Shown here: piece after piece, positions 12,583-26,252 of the stretch | How the letters are laid out: each line of letters begins with the position of its first letter | Numbering within the stretch: position 1 is the first letter of the stretch | The notes under the pieces: generated by a model | The model's database searches: none | Told to the model about the DNA's origin: nothing | The model's input: the letters and a program-made list of their open reading frames with translations, nothing else | Assembly (NCBI GenBank): GCA_009602725.1 | Contig: WELB01000001.1 | Location: forward strand, 217,422-264,014 | Reading direction: 5' to 3' | DNA: 46,593 nt | Source: Spirogloea muscicola | Taxonomy: Eukaryota | Position numbers and translations under genes: made by a program

Positions 12583-12775
12583 TTCGAAGGACCTGAGTGG
12601 TCAACTACGAAGGCAAGCTCATTGACAGATGCACATCACCTGCTGCTAAGCTGACCCGCTCAGGAACCACAACTCAGAGGCGAGAGAAGCTTCAACCAGC
12701 GAGGGCTGTGAACGGCCAGCCCAGAGAGAGTGGATAAGGTCCCAGAGAAGAAAGGGCGGCCAGATTGACTGAGGC
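12583..12775 (-). mobile_element. Retrotransposon stop and 3' UTR remnant plus type-B terminus fragments, upstream of lipin
   Basis: The reverse complement tgagcgggtcagcttagcagcaggtgatgtgcatctgtc..cttgccttcgta matches the UTR at 37493-37550. gcggccagattgactg at 12757-12772. Confidence 0.72.
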
Positions 12776-13056
12776 CCAAGGCAAGAAAGATTGAGGCGAA
12801 GCTCCCCACCCTCCGTCTCGTGCGGCCTGACCCATGCACCTGGCCCACTGCCCGATGCCCATCGTCCGCGAGCACGTTCTGCCGCTCCCCCCCACCGTCG
12901 GGCTTGCCTGGTACCGGCCCAGTCACCAACACTGTCTCTCCCGTTCCTGCCGCCGTCGCGGGGGTCCCCGTGGCGCGGGGAGCCGTCGGTCCCTCCCCCC
13001 CCCCACTTCCCATCCCCCGGGCCCCCCTCCATGACCGCGGCGCCCGCCCCGCCGGC

Positions 13057-16000
13057 ATGTACTCCGCGGGGCGCTTCCTCTCGCAGGGCCTGTACACCGT
13101 CTCCGGGCCCTTCCACCCCTTTGGCGGCGCCGTGGACATCATCGTCGTCGAGCAGGAGGATGGCACCTTCAAGGTGGCCCCGCCAGCCGCTTTGCCGCAG
13201 CTCGCGCAGGCGCCAGACCCTCAAGCTGCCGCCGAGCAGCTCGGAACTCGGCCGCATGGCTCTGGCTTCAACTGACGTGCACCGACGGCCTTGGCGACCT
13301 TGCAGACGTCGCCCTGGTACGTGCGCTTCGGCAAGTTCCAGGGCGTGCTCAAGCGGCGCGAGAAGGTCGTGCAGATCGCGGTGGACGGTGTAGAGGCCAA
13401 TTTGACTATGTTCCTCGACCACAAGGGCGAGGCCTACTTCCTGCAGGACGCGGACGAGGGAGGTGTGTGCTTCACAGCTGGACCTTCCTCATGAACAAGC
13501 CGTCACTGCCAGTCATTGTGCTGGTTCAGCGTTTGAGGAACCCTACGTAGCTCCAGTCAAGAGTTGAGTAGCAAGAGGAGAGGAAAGGCACGTATAACCC
13601 GCTGTTTGACCCGCTTCAAGCAGAGGATGGAGGACCCTCCCTGGAGCCTCTGCTACTTGAGGCTGGAGAGATGTCCACTACTACATCAGCAGCACCTTCT
13701 CGGCAGAACTCAACAGATGATGTCCAGACTTCTCGGCAGAACTCTGTAGATGATGTCCAGAGTGGCAAGGACGAGAATTCTGTGAAGCTGCCAGATGCCC
13801 TCCACCCTCCAGAAGGCGAGTCTTCAGATGCAGATATTGCCCCAGACACTCCAACGGAAGCAGAGGCCTGCACTTCCGAACAAGTCGTTGCTGCTGATGA
13901 CGAGCCTGCATTGGAAGCACGGGACAGGTCCAACTCTGTGGATTCTGTGAATATGTCAGAGTTCCTTACAGAGGAGGATATGAAACTCAAGCAGGAAATT
14001 GAAAAGGAGCTCGCATGGCATCAGGTTGTGGAGAAGGCTTCAGTTGCTCTAAGGTCAGCCATACATCACATTGGACTGAAGCAATGCTGTTGCGACTGTT
14101 GCCTATCAGTGGTAGCAGGAGAAGTGCACTGCCACGTCGCTTACACATTGTCCAGTCACCTGTCTATGCAGAGAGGCTCCTATGTCTGCCAAGCTCTTTC
14201 TGGAGGCAAGCCAGCAGAAGGAAGGCAAAGAGACAGCTAAGGTGGTACTGAACAGGCACATGCAGCATACTGTCTCCTCTTGTGACATCTGCATTGCAGA
14301 CCTGTACTGATGCTGTACTGTTGCGATGTCTAATGCAGCACTTGCAAGATCGAAAGTCTTGGGGATGGTGGGGCTGGCGGTCACGTCCTGTTGTGCCCGC
14401 ACCTCTTGACAAGCAGGCCTCGGCTGGCTCATCAGCCTCGGACCAATCCGAGCAAGCAGCTACAGCACGGACCCCAGTAGACTCAAAAGGTGGTGCTCAA
14501 GGCAAGAGGAGGGGGAAAGACACTCCAGAGCAGGCCAAGGAGAGGGCACTCATGGTAGCTGAGCTCCTCGACAGCAAGTGGATTGCCAGTGAGAAGGGCA
14601 GGAGGAAAAAGAGGGACTATGAAAGAAGGAGAAGTGCACCACCTACGCTAGCCTCCGCAGTTGCTGCTGCTGACGAGTCTCGCGCTTGGCAGAGTGTAGG
14701 CGCTGCTGTTGAGAGGGATGTGGAGGACGTGACATCCATTTCACAAGCACATTCAGGGGCCAAAGGCAGCACAGGGGAGGATGAGACATTTGTCCTTATG
14801 ACTGTAGATGGCCGGGTAGTGGTTGCCAATGTTGCGGACGAAGAAAGGCTCGGAGCATCAACCAGTCCTGAGGTAGCCGCTCTGCGGCTGGAAGGGCTTC
14901 CAGTTGACCTTGGAGATGGCACAGCTGAGCCAGAGAGCAGCAACAAGGAGTCACAGAAGCATGGCGAGCGCGGAGACAGATCATCGGCTGCGGAGGAAGA
15001 AGGGACCGAGGTGATGGGGTCAAGCTCAGGGAGAGGGGATGTAAGTGGAAAACATAGCCTACATGTCACGTTTGTTCAGAGGCGCGTGAGTGATGAAGCA
15101 AGCACAGAGGGCTCTGAGCAGCGGGTGAGTCTGCCAGTGGACGATGCCACTGGAAAGTACCCCAGCGAGGCTGAGGGTGACAGGAAGATGCTGGAGGTCA
15201 CCCTGCCTTTGAAGACCACGTCAAGAGGGGAGTCTCCCATAACATCGCCTGACACGCCCAGCAGCTGGCAGCAGGTTGCACAGGAGACTGCTCGAGCTCT
15301 GGCACTAAACAGGACGTCGTCCAGGTACTTCTCTTTTGGCAACCTCAGCGACCTCGGCCAGGGAACAGAGACAGAGGCTGAGGGCTGGCACGCGCGGGAC
15401 CTGCGCTTATGTGAGACCAGCCTCAGCGATGACGAATGCGAGGGTTTCAGGAGCTGCAGGGTCAGCTTGCTTGAGATGGGCCAGTCCATGATACGGGATG
15501 CCGAGGTTAGTGCTGCAGCAGCGCAGCAGGCCAAGGCAGCAGCACCACAGTTGCCCAGCTCTGCAGGTGATGCAGAAGAAAGGCTGCTGAATGGTGGGCC
15601 TGATTGCACGAGTTCATTGCAGGCAGAGGGAGAGAAAGCAGAAGGTAGGGAGGGGGCTCACAAGGAAGAGACTGAGGCAGCAGATGGGAGTCAGACAGAA
15701 CAACGAGCAGCTTCTGGCATTCACAGTGATTCTGATGTGCCTGGTTTGCCAGTACAGGAGAGAGTTGGGACAGTGACAACCTTGACTTCTGATAGTGACC
15801 CTGGACACGATGGTGCTGGCTCAGCAGGTGAGGATGGCGTCAGCCAGGAACAATTTGAGGGTGCAGAAGTTGATGGTGTAGCGCCTGAGTGCAACTCAAA
15901 ATTTCTTGTACAGGAGGATGACAACACGGCTAGCATCAGGCAACAGGGAGATCAGAACGCACTTAGAGTAGGGACTAATGATGAGCATGAGAAAGCCAGT

Positions 16001-19000
16001 TGTGCACTTGAAATGCCAGGAGACATAGTGGTGAAGCAGGAGTATGGCTTGCACTCAGTCTTGAAGTCGTGTATTGTGGAGGAAGATAGCAACTCTAGTG
16101 AAGCTGCTGACAGTGAGGGGCAGGACAAAGAGGAGCAGGCACAGGCCAGCTTGGAAAGCACTGGGCAGCAGGCTGATGAAGCAGAGGAGCATGCCCTCGG
16201 CCCTTATGAGTCCCCCTCAAGCAAGATAGAGGCAGCAGATATGGCAGGAACAAGATCACCAGAAGAGAGATACTCGACACCTGACGGTGATGGGAAAGCC
16301 ACACCTCAACCTGCAGGTAGCCCCAATATCAAGAGCATGCAGCAACGTCCACTCTCCAGCCCTCGCAGTGCTGTGAAGGCAGCCAGCCTGCGGTCAAGTC
16401 CTGCTGGAGGTTCGTCTCCTTACACAGGGAGTCCCAGTACTGCAGCGGCAATTGCAGGAGCTGCTGCTGCTCTTGCAGCTTCTGCTGCCGCTGCGGCATC
16501 GTTTGACAAGGATCTGAGCTCTTTGCCCATGACCTCCGAAGGTCTGGCTAAGGCAGGGTGCTCACTGGCGAAATTGTCCAATGACTTGCCAGCTCAGATT
16601 CGTGCAGAGAACAGAAGGTTGCAGACTGCCGACCCTCAGACTCCACAGCAAACCTGTCGTACAGGAGATGCGGAAAGTGATACAGACAAGCTTGATGGCC
16701 TGCAGGACGAGCACATGGGCGACTCCCCTGGCCCAGTGTCGCATAGTGACATGCCAGAGGGGCAGGAACAAGAAAGTGACTTGACGCCTGCTGGTGCAGG
16801 AGCTGAGATCAATCACTTATCAAGCACGGGGATGGAGCTGGCTCTCTGCAGAGACCTACTTGTGGAAGGTATGGGTTCAAAAGAAGCAGCCGCAGCATTT
16901 TCCTCCAAGGTGGTCACACTTGAGCATTTCGTCAGCTCCTACAGAGAGGTGACTTCCAGCACCTTGCTGGTAGTAAGAGTTGGGGGCAAGTATTATCAGT
17001 GGCATACAGTGCAGCCCCTCCTATTGGGAATGCTTGCTTTCGGCAGGTTCATCCCTGTGACAGACGGTGCCTCAGATGGCTCTATAGCAGTGGAGAGACC
17101 AGAAGCACCTAGCACCTCTGCGCTGGCGATCGTACCTGCAAGACCCACTGCTGCTGCAAGCAGCCAGTGGAAGCTCTGGCCATTTGGTGGGTCGGGAAGC
17201 CCTCCCTCACGGGCAGATCGAATCTCTCAAGCTGCACTTCTGGCTGCTGTTGGTAAGCATGGAGCATGAGCATAATTTCTTTGTTGCTGTGTCTTCATCA
17301 ATCAGCCATCCTTGACTATATATGATGCCTGGGACGTCAGCAAAGATGAGCATGATGATTGTAAGCGTGTTCAGATTAGATGCAGCATCTTGTAGAGGTT
17401 AATCTGGTTCATGTTCTTTCGTTGCTCTTTTGACAGGGACCGCCCATGACAGTCCCCTTGTACAGGACCTACTCGCTGGAAGAAATGGTTTCCACTTCAG
17501 AAAGAGGAAAGTGCGTTCATATTTGCCAACTTCGGAGCAGCTAAAATCACTGAATCTGAAGGAGGGGAAAAGTTGCATTCACTTTAATTTCGTCACCCGC
17601 GTCCTCGGTCGCCAACAGGTCTGTACATTATCATAACCTGTTGTAGCACTGACTGTTTGTACTGCAGGTCACTTTTGCAGTGCAAGATTGTGCTGCATGA
17701 CAATCTGCTTATCCTAATCATGGCGGCACAATTGGTTCCTATCACAGGTTGAAGCATCATTGTATTTGTGGAAGTGGAAAACAAGGATAGTCATTTCAGA
17801 CGTGGATGGCACTATAACTAGGTACCAATGTTGCTCAACTGCTGATTGATTGCATAAGTGTAAGCACCTGGAGCTCCTATGTGTACAATGATGTGGGACT
17901 CTAAGAAGTTCACAAGATATGGTCGCCTGGCTTTTCTGACGATCCTGTCTGTGCAGGTCTGACCTCCTTGGGCAAGTGATGCCCCTAGTTGGAAGGGACT
18001 GGTCTCAGCTAGGTGTGGCTCGCCTCTTCTCAGCTATTAAGGTACTTCGCCCGAAGTCGACGATCAATCAGTCAATGGCAAATGCAAATGATTATGCACA
18101 GACGAAAGGCACCACGTATTCACGTTCTTGGTGCTCTTGCATGGCGTATGTGACATTCATGTCGTCACATTCCTCTGTTGTCGTATCAGGCACTGTTATG
18201 TGATTCTCGTGCTGGTCTACCGAGATGCTCAGATCGTTTATCTGTGCTTGCAGGAGAATGGCTACGAATTTATGTTTCTGAGTGCACGGGCTATCTCCCA
18301 AGCTTATCTTACTCGCACCTTTCTTTTTAATCTGAAACAGGTGAGTGTCCAATAACCTCCATTATGCCACTTGCTTGTACATTACGGGTTACCATACAGG
18401 TCCCTGCGTACATGTGTGCGCCACCCAGCCTGGCCAGATGCATTCATGGCAATACATTGGTGCTCCTCTAAGTTTAGGATCTGAAAAGCTCTTGCAATGC
18501 AGGATGGTATGGGCTTGCCGGAAGGACCTGTTGTAATATCGCCTGATGGGCTGTTTCCGTCTCTTTATCGTGAAGGTACTCCTTGCTCACAAAAAACTAA
18601 TTCTCCTCAGATTTAGTGCAAATGGATCGTGCATCACTACAAGTCGAAGTTTAGCCCATACCCTAGCCCTCTGGATTCAAATATGTGCAGGGAGCCACGT
18701 CGCATCTGCGTGAAGTATTCTGCAAAAGGGTGTGTCAGTTAGGCAGCTATACGTATTAGCTCATGAATCAGATTATTGTGCTTGCAGTCATACGAAGGGC
18801 GCCTCACGAATTCAAGATCAACTGCCTGCAGGTTAGCAGAGTATGAGCAGCTCTATATTGATCATCAAGTGTCCTCCTTGGTGCTTCTTGTAAGATCTGC
18901 TGTGAATGTGGCAGTTTATAGACAGCTCATTACTTGCAAATTCAAGTCCATGCTCAGACTCGTTGTCACGTGCACTTGTGCAGGCAATTCGAGCTTTATT

Positions 19001-19684
19001 TCCAAAGGATGTCAATCCTTTTTATGCTGGTTTTGGAAATCGCGACACTGACGAGATAAGCTATGAGGCTGTGGGTATTCCTAAAGGGAAAATCTATACG
19101 ATCAATCCCAAGGTATGCAACTGCAGCTTTTGCTTTGAAGTGCTGGGTCGCGCCCAGTACACTTGATGCCTTATATATCTATTGCAGGGCTTGAAGCTCT
19201 TGGAAGCTGAAGACATCCATAGACAGCAAGATGTTATGGTCTGTGCAATTTGTATGGGCTTTCACAGTGGCACTTGCAACCTGGATTTCTGCATTGCAGG
19301 GAGAGATTGTGGTCAACAAGCGAGTGGACGTGAGGTCGTACACAACATTGCATGAACTTGTTGATGACATGTTCCCTCCCGTCAATTCTGCTGAGGCTGT
19401 AAGTAATTCACCACAGACAAAAGTGGCATTGCAAATGTTGCAACCTACGTGGATTGAGTCGTTGCTATCCAAGGTGTTAGCTGCTTCTATGAGGTGATGG
19501 AAAAAAATACAGTGAAGAGATGTGCATGAAGGTTGTAGTGCCAGTCTTTCTTCGGTAGTTGGTGAGCCAGCGGCTTTGTTGGACCCTGTACCGTCTACAC
19601 CTGCAGGAGGATTATAACTCGTGGAATTACTGGAAGATACCTCTACCAGAAATCGATGACAAACTTGCCCCGGCGCCCAAGTGA
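13057..19684 (+). CDS. PAH: Lipin / phosphatidate phosphatase (PAH1/PAH2-like), multi-exon, with a very long low-complexity middle region
   Basis: N-LIP domain ([48 protein letters not shown]) and the HAD motif [10 protein letters not shown]. Also [22 protein letters not shown], and a terminal [10 protein letters not shown]...PK*. Confidence 0.96.
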
Positions 19685-21023
19685 GCATACTAAGACCTTG
19701 GCGCTGTGGCCAATCAGCCCTGCATTTCTGTCAGCAAAAGCTGCTGCTTTTGTGCAGGCGGTCAATTGTGAGAGATGAATACTGTCACTCCTCTTTAAGA
19801 AAAGAGAGGAATTGCTTCATGGCACACAGTTGTCACAGGACCTCCTCATCAGAGTCAGTAAAGATACTAGTACCAAAAGAATGCACTACCCTTTAAAAGT
19901 ATACACCAACTCTTATCTGGTGCTTTGTGTCCTCACAGGCTGAGAAAGTCTAATTCCGGACGATGAGCAGGAATTTGCCATCCTTCCAAAGTTTGATTGC
20001 AGGGCTGTGTGTTTTAGAGAGGCATTAGGCAGCGTCACAAGACGTCCTTAGATTCTCGCTTAATGGCTGGGTGCTATTGAGGTAGAGAAGCTTGTGTTGG
20101 GAAGCGTGCCATTTATTCAAGCCCAGATTTGCGGCTTGTTGCTTCGGCAGGTTGGGTTGTGTCTAAGTTGAACATTTCAACTCAGACTAGGAAGAGCTTA
20201 TTGAGAGGAAATTGGTGGCCAAAGCCACCAGACACTTTTGCCAAATAGGCCAGCTGATACTAAGTGGTTATTGAGGTGCCACACTCTCTTTAACCGTCAA
20301 TATTTTGGCACTTTCATGTACAGGAGCTTCCTAAAAGCCGGAAGAAATTTGCATACAAGGCTAGCAGTGAGAAACGGGCAATCAAGGAAGAGGCTCGTTA
20401 GATAGCACAAGCATGGACACTTGCTTCTGAATGTGAGCTTGCTTGATACCACAAGCATACTTAAAACATCAAAAGTCTTTCTGATGATTGCATACCAAGA
20501 TGGGGCGATGGGTGGCATCCCAACAAGAAAGTTGAACCATGGAGATATCAACAATGGCTGCACAAAGCAGGCAGCACTCTGCTAAACTGCAGGTCTTCAT
20601 GCAGGATCTCAACAGATGCATGCTTTTATGGGCTGCTGAAACATAGGACTGACAACTGTCCAGCCCCCTATCAGGTCAACTGACAGGCGTTCTGGTTCTT
20701 TAGTGAAGGGATGCAGAGGTTGCAGTGGTCCGTCTCCTTGACATCTAGCATGTGACCCGTAGACCATTTAACGAAGACAGAGAGCTCTATGCCTGATCTG
20801 TGCCCAACAATGTGCTCAACGGCCAGTGATTGCGCAGCTTACGTTTGCAGATATCTCATGCATGCCAGTGAGCAAGTTTGTAAGTGCTCGGCAGTCTTGC
20901 TTCTTCCTGCAGAATGCAGCCCCTGCCTCACAGCCTCGCCTGATTATGGACAAGTACATTCACCCGATCTTAACAGATCCAGTATCCTTACCCAAAAAAA
21001 AAGGAGAAACCCGAATGGTTGCT

Positions 21024-22325
21024 CTAGTACTTATAGCCAGTCACATGGAGGCTCTCAGCGGCACCGGCACCGCCTGCACCGCCGCCATACTTGCCCAGCG
21101 TGGCTTCTGAGTTCGCCTTGGCTCGCTCCAGGAAAGCCTGCTGTGCAGCCTGTACGTTCTCGGGCTTCCCGCCCCACGTCGAGAGGGTGGTCTTCTGCAG
21201 CGCGCGGCCATATGAGAAGGAGAGCGTCCACGGCCTGATCGTCTGGAGCTGGTTCATGGCGTTGAGGTTCTTGGTCGCCTCCTCCTCGCTCTGGCCGCCG
21301 GAGAGGAACATGACGCCGGGCACAGCACAGGGGACGGTGCGCTGGAGCGTGCGCACGGTCATCTTGGCGATGGTCTCGGCGTCCACCTTGGCGGCCTCGG
21401 ATCCGGGCGTCACCATGTTGGGCTTGAGCAGCGTGCCCTCCAGCAGGACCTTGTGCTCGTTGAGCGCCTTATAGCACGCCGCCAGGACGCGCTCCGACAC
21501 CTCTGCGCACTTCTCGATCGAGTGGCTGCCGTCGACCAGGATCTCGGGCTCCACAATGGGCACGAGGCCGTTCTCCTGGCAGATGATGGCGTAGCGAGCC
21601 AGGCCCTGCGCATTCACCTGGATCGACAGCTCCGACGGCTCGAAGTCGCTGATCTTGAGCACGGCGCGCCACTTGGCGAAGCGCGCGCCCGCCTGGTAGT
21701 ACTTGGCGCACCGACCGGCCAGCCCGTCGTGGCCCTGCGTCGTAGTCTCGCCGTTGGTGTCCGCCAGGTCCACGACGCCCAGGTCCACCTTGATGCCCGG
21801 GAGGACGCCGCCCTCGAGGAGGACGTCGACGAATGGCTTGCCCGCCATGGTCTTCTGGTACAGCGTCTCCTCGAACAGGATTACGCCGCTGAGAAACGGC
21901 AGCACGCCGGGCGTGCAGAAGAGGAGCTCGCGCAGCGCCTGCCGGTTGGCCTCCACGTTCTCCACGCCGATGCTGGCCAGGCGCTTCCCAATGGTCCCCG
22001 TACTCTCGTCCGCCGCGAGGATGCCCTTCCCGGGCGTCGCAATGTACTTGGCATTCTTGACAAGCTCCTCTGCGGCGTTGCGTGCAGCATCCGAGGAGGC
22101 GATTCAGTGGCCGCATCCGCTTCGGAGGACCTATTCAGCTTCGTTCTACGTCGAGGGCCGTCGTGTGAAGGATATCCAATGGCAGTCGCGTCTCCGAGAC
22201 GACCAGCATTTGCGGAGCAATGGGGCAGCAGTGGAGGCGGCCGATCGCACCGTAGATAGCGGCGCGAGCCCGCCGTGGCCAGGGCTGCGCTGCTCACCAG
22301 CATATTTCCCGACGTAACAAGACAT
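21024..22325 (-). CDS. FBA: Cytosolic class I fructose-bisphosphate aldolase, 2 exons (22325-22298, 22069-21024)
   Basis: [48 protein letters not shown], Schiff-base LLKPNMV and a C-terminal Tyr. No transit peptide. Confidence 0.98.
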
Positions 22326-22337
22326 GGTGGTGGGCCG

Positions 22338-22370
22338 GGCGGCGGCGGCGGCGACGGCGGCGGCGGTGGC

Positions 22371-22402
<32 letters not shown>
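22338..22402. repeat. (GGC/GCC)n microsatellite in the aldolase 5' UTR; similar tracts at about 4789-4822, 35588-35617 and 44053-44082
   Basis: About 20 nearly pure GGC units, read directly. Confidence 0.9.
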
Positions 22403-22481
22403 ATGCTCCGGCGACTGTGGCCCGAGACGAGGCGGTAAGAGAAGAAAGGGCTTAATAATCCACAAGCTTGATTTCAGTCAG

Positions 22482-23015
22482 CTTTACGGCCCCTTCTTCT
22501 TCTTTACGGCCCCTTCGGACCTTGTCAATTTTTGTTCAATTGTTTACCTGGGTTGGCCAATCAGCCATCACCCTCTACTGGAATAGTCACTCTCTCTTTC
22601 CCGGCTGGCTTTTTTCTAAGCCCTCGCCCACTTTGGAAGAAAGGCGCGCATGCAAATGTGAGAGAAGCAAATGAAAGGGAGGCCAATGTGAGTCTTGGGA
22701 AGAGCTCACTTCTTCGGAGCGACGTCTTTCCGCCTGCGAGCCTATTCCGACTTGCATCTTCTGACTAGAGGTTACTGAGCGTCCCCTTGTTGGGTTTCCG
22801 TATTAAATAGAGAGAATAAATAGCCCTGTTTAGTTTGCCCTAGACTCTGCCTGAACAATGTGTCGACTTGAATTGGCCTCCATTTCATTTCATGCGCCCC
22901 GCGCGCCTTCTTCTTGTTGATGTCTTAGTCCTTGGCACCCCGGCTCCTTCAGACCTTGTCCATCCCTTTGGGCTGGCTTCTCTTAGCCACCAGTTCATGT
23001 GGCCGCGCTTGCCTT
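22482..23015 (+). mobile_element. Stack of retrotransposon 3' ends between the divergent FBA and GDCH genes
   Basis: SDLHLLTRGY* (about 22746-22777), then a UTR and type-A terminus (to about 22915), then a type-B terminus (22948-23012). Partial termini at 22510-22690. Confidence 0.82.
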
Positions 23016-24001
23016 CGGAGCTTCATGGAGCACCGGGGTAACGCCGGCAGGGCCGAGGAGGTGCCAGTGGCGGGGCGCTCGTCCCGTCCCAGCGGGGGGC
23101 TCGTCTCGGGCCATTGGAGTCAGGCTTAGCGGCGGCGTCAGCAGCTGCGCCCCGACGACGACGCCCCGACGAAGGCCGCCGCTGTGGGGAACGATCGTCA
23201 TTGGCTGTGGCCAATGACGATCCACCGGCTGGCGGCCGCTCGCTCGCTCCGGCGGGCCCCACGACGGCGAGCGAGGAGCCGCCGCCGTGGCGCCGCCGGG
23301 GGAGCAGGATAGGGGGTCCTGCCATCCGACGGCAGGATGCCCCCTCTCGACGAGCGCTGCCCCATCGTGCGGCCACCGGACCCGCGCCGCCACTCCCGTT
23401 TGGAATTGCTCTTATTCCTCATATCTTATCGTTACGTCTCGCGTTCTCCCACGACGGCGCTCTCGCCGGCCACCCGTCTCGCCAGCCACCACCAGCAACG
23501 GCAGGCAAGCCGTGGATAACGCCCGGGAATGGGCGGCGCCGGGGGGCCGGAGGGTATCTCGTCCTTGTATTTCCCCTGCGGCAGGCGGGGGTGGTGGGCA
23601 TTTGACGCGGATTCACCGAGACAGGCGCACACCGTACATGAAAAGACCGTGAGACCAAATCGAGCCGATGTACTCTCCTCATGCATTTCGCATTACCGAG
23701 GCCCCCCTCGGGAATCGCTTATTGGCCAAGGAGCTGACTGCCGGGAGCGGCACAGGCGTCAGGCGGGGCCCCTCCCACATCTCGTGTCTCTTCATTCCGG
23801 GGGTTTCAGTTTGGCGCCGTCCCCCACCCGGCTGCGCCTCGCTGAGCCTGCGCGTGTCGAGCGGCGGCGGCGGCGCCTCCTGCCCACGCAGCGGCTGCGG
23901 CGCTCCTGACCGCGCCCGGCAGGTCTTTGGTGTCTGCCGCGATCCGCCACCGGGGGACGAAAGGCGCTTCGCAGGCCGTCTTTGCCCGAGGCAGAGCGAA
24001 G

Positions 24002-24865
24002 ATGGCCCTCCGGTGAAATTGCCCTGCATTTTCCGAGGTCGCACTCGAGCGGCATTGAGCAGGATCGTAGTGCCTTGCTTGAACCTGCACGTCAAAGCTT
24101 CAAAACCTCAAAGCCTCTACTGCAAACCCCTCATAACGCCCTGCATTGCGCGCAACCAGGTTGCTTGCATCTCAGGTGGCTTGCCAGCTGAGGGTGCGCT
24201 GCCTCGCTCCTGTGGATGGACGGCTCGCTCTGCTTAGCCGCCACTACGCCTCCTGTATGTGAGAAGCTTTGCTTGCACCTCTTTTTGTCACGTTGAGATG
24301 ATCAAGCAGGTGCTGAAATGACATGGGATCTACGGTGGACATTGAGATACTTTGGAATTGACCAATGCTCTACACAGCATCAGAGAACCGGAAGTACCTC
24401 AAGTCCCACGAGTACATTGCGCTGGATGGCGAGATCGGCACTGTAGGGATCTCCGATTTTGCACAGGCTGAGCTTGGTGAAATAGTCTATGTGGAGCTGC
24501 CGGAGGTTGGGGCTGAGGTTACCAAGGGCGAGACATTCGGCGTCGTAGAGAGCGTGAAGGCTGCAAGTGATGTCTACTCTCCTGTCTCGGGAAAGGTGGT
24601 GGAAATTAATGAAGAGCTTAAGAGTTCGCCTGGAAAGGTCAGCGCTGCTTCTGTTCAGAAGCTGTGGCTGCTGGATTGACCTATCTTCATCTTCAGACTC
24701 CGCTGTGCACCTTACATGCCTCGCAAGTGGAACTTGTGGCAGGTCAACGATGACCCATTTGCAGATGGGTGGATGATGAAGGTGAAGTTGGATGATACAT
24801 CTGCCACAGACTCCCTGCTCGACGAAAGTGCTTACAAGGAGCACTGTGCAAAGGCAGAACATTAG
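24002..24865 (+). CDS. GDCH: Glycine cleavage system H protein, mitochondrial precursor, 4 coding exons
   Basis: [25 protein letters not shown] presequence, [27 protein letters not shown], lipoyl-Lys motif [13 protein letters not shown], and [14 protein letters not shown]. Confidence 0.96.
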
Positions 24866-26075
24866 TCGACTGCATTGCTTACATACAACCATTGTGGGCA
24901 CTTTTTCTTGCCACTCAAAGATTTGGACATTTGATGGTCAATCTTTGACCTTACACAACAGGGCACCTGGCAGTGCAATCGTTTCTGTGTGTCTGGAGTT
25001 GTGGCAGCTCCTTGTCAACATCTTAGAATGGAGTGAGCTCATCCGCTAGCCCAAGCGCTGGCGGCTGCCTTTGCTCCTGCCAGTACTTGTGTCAGGTATC
25101 ATACATTGCTCGTCTTAATTTGTTGAGAGCATGGCAAATAGTGTCATGATGATATTCCAAAGGAGGCGGCTGTTGTCAGAGACAGGAAGGTGAAAGGACT
25201 GAGGACTGAGGGGGGATGCAAGTCGAGGGACGACGTGAGGAAGAACAGAGGGGAAGAATGAGACAGCACTTGGGGTGATAGACAAAAGAGGGAGAGCTGG
25301 TAAGGTCTGGAAGAGGGATGGCGTGCAGGGAAAGCATCAAGGTGTTTGCCACTGTGGACATCATTCTGCTTATCTTTCTGCAATGGCCATAAGATGGACA
25401 GAAGCTTTTGAACCTCACACATTGCACGATGAGGATCCTGGTAATGTCATGGTGCCCAGCTTCACATGTACTTCACTATGGAAGAAGGGGCACATGCACA
25501 CCGACTTGAAGATCACATTAAGCACAATGCTAGTTGCTGTTCATGTAAAGAATGGCATCGCAAGCACCCCATTCAAGTGCAGTTCATTGTGAGCAAAGCA
25601 TGTCAACTCATTGTGCATGCATTACTCCAGTGGTAGTTCTCACTTATGGCAGCAGTGCAGAACATGTAGAAGTCAGCAGTTATAGCTGCCGAACCAATAT
25701 TACTCATGCAGCAGCAGCAGCAGCAGCAGGAGGGGGCCAGGGCCCTGGGTATGTACGCATGAAGTGGCTGCCTATGCGTCGAGCGAGCCGTTAGGCAGAA
25801 GTTTACCCACTGCGAGCACAAAGTGGACCAAGGTGAGCAGTGCCGGAAAAGTTGGGGCTCCCAGGATAAAGATTGGGGGTACCTTTACGTGCTTTTGCGT
25901 CGCGGATATTTATTTTGGTCCTTTGACCCTTCCCACCCTTTTTGTGTTGAATGTAGAAACATGGTGAATCAGTGGGCTGGAATAATCAACCGTTCCGCTC
26001 GTCTTGCTGATGTGAGTCTCCCTATATAAGAGAGGCCCTGGCAAATTGCATAAAAGGCCCGAGCAATCTCGGCAG

Positions 26076-26252
26076 CTCTGTGCGCGGCTAGTCGGCGCTG
26101 TGTGCGTGGCGGCTCTGTCTGCGGCTAGTCAGCGCTGTGTGCGTGGCGGCTCTGTGTGCGGCTAGGCAGCGCTGTGTGCGCGGCGGCTCTGTGTGCGGCT
26201 AGGCAGCGCTGTGTGCGCGGCGGCTCTGTGTGCGGCGAGGCGGATCTGTGTG
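26076..26252. repeat. Minisatellite, about 4.7 copies of a 37-bp unit
   Basis: ctctgtgtgcggctaggcagcgctgtgtgcgcggcgg starts at 26076, 26113, 26150, 26187 and 26224. Confidence 0.93.

Noticed and set aside
14282..17269. 995-aa ORF as a separate gene or insertion
   Set aside because: It splices in phase between N-LIP and C-LIP exons and contains the lipin middle region. It is one large disordered exon.
21091..22317. Antisense ORFs over aldolase
   Set aside because: Shadow frames produced by extreme GC3 codon bias.
26076..26252. 37-bp periodic array as a CRISPR array
   Set aside because: Units are contiguous with no unique spacers, there are no cas genes, and the context is eukaryotic.
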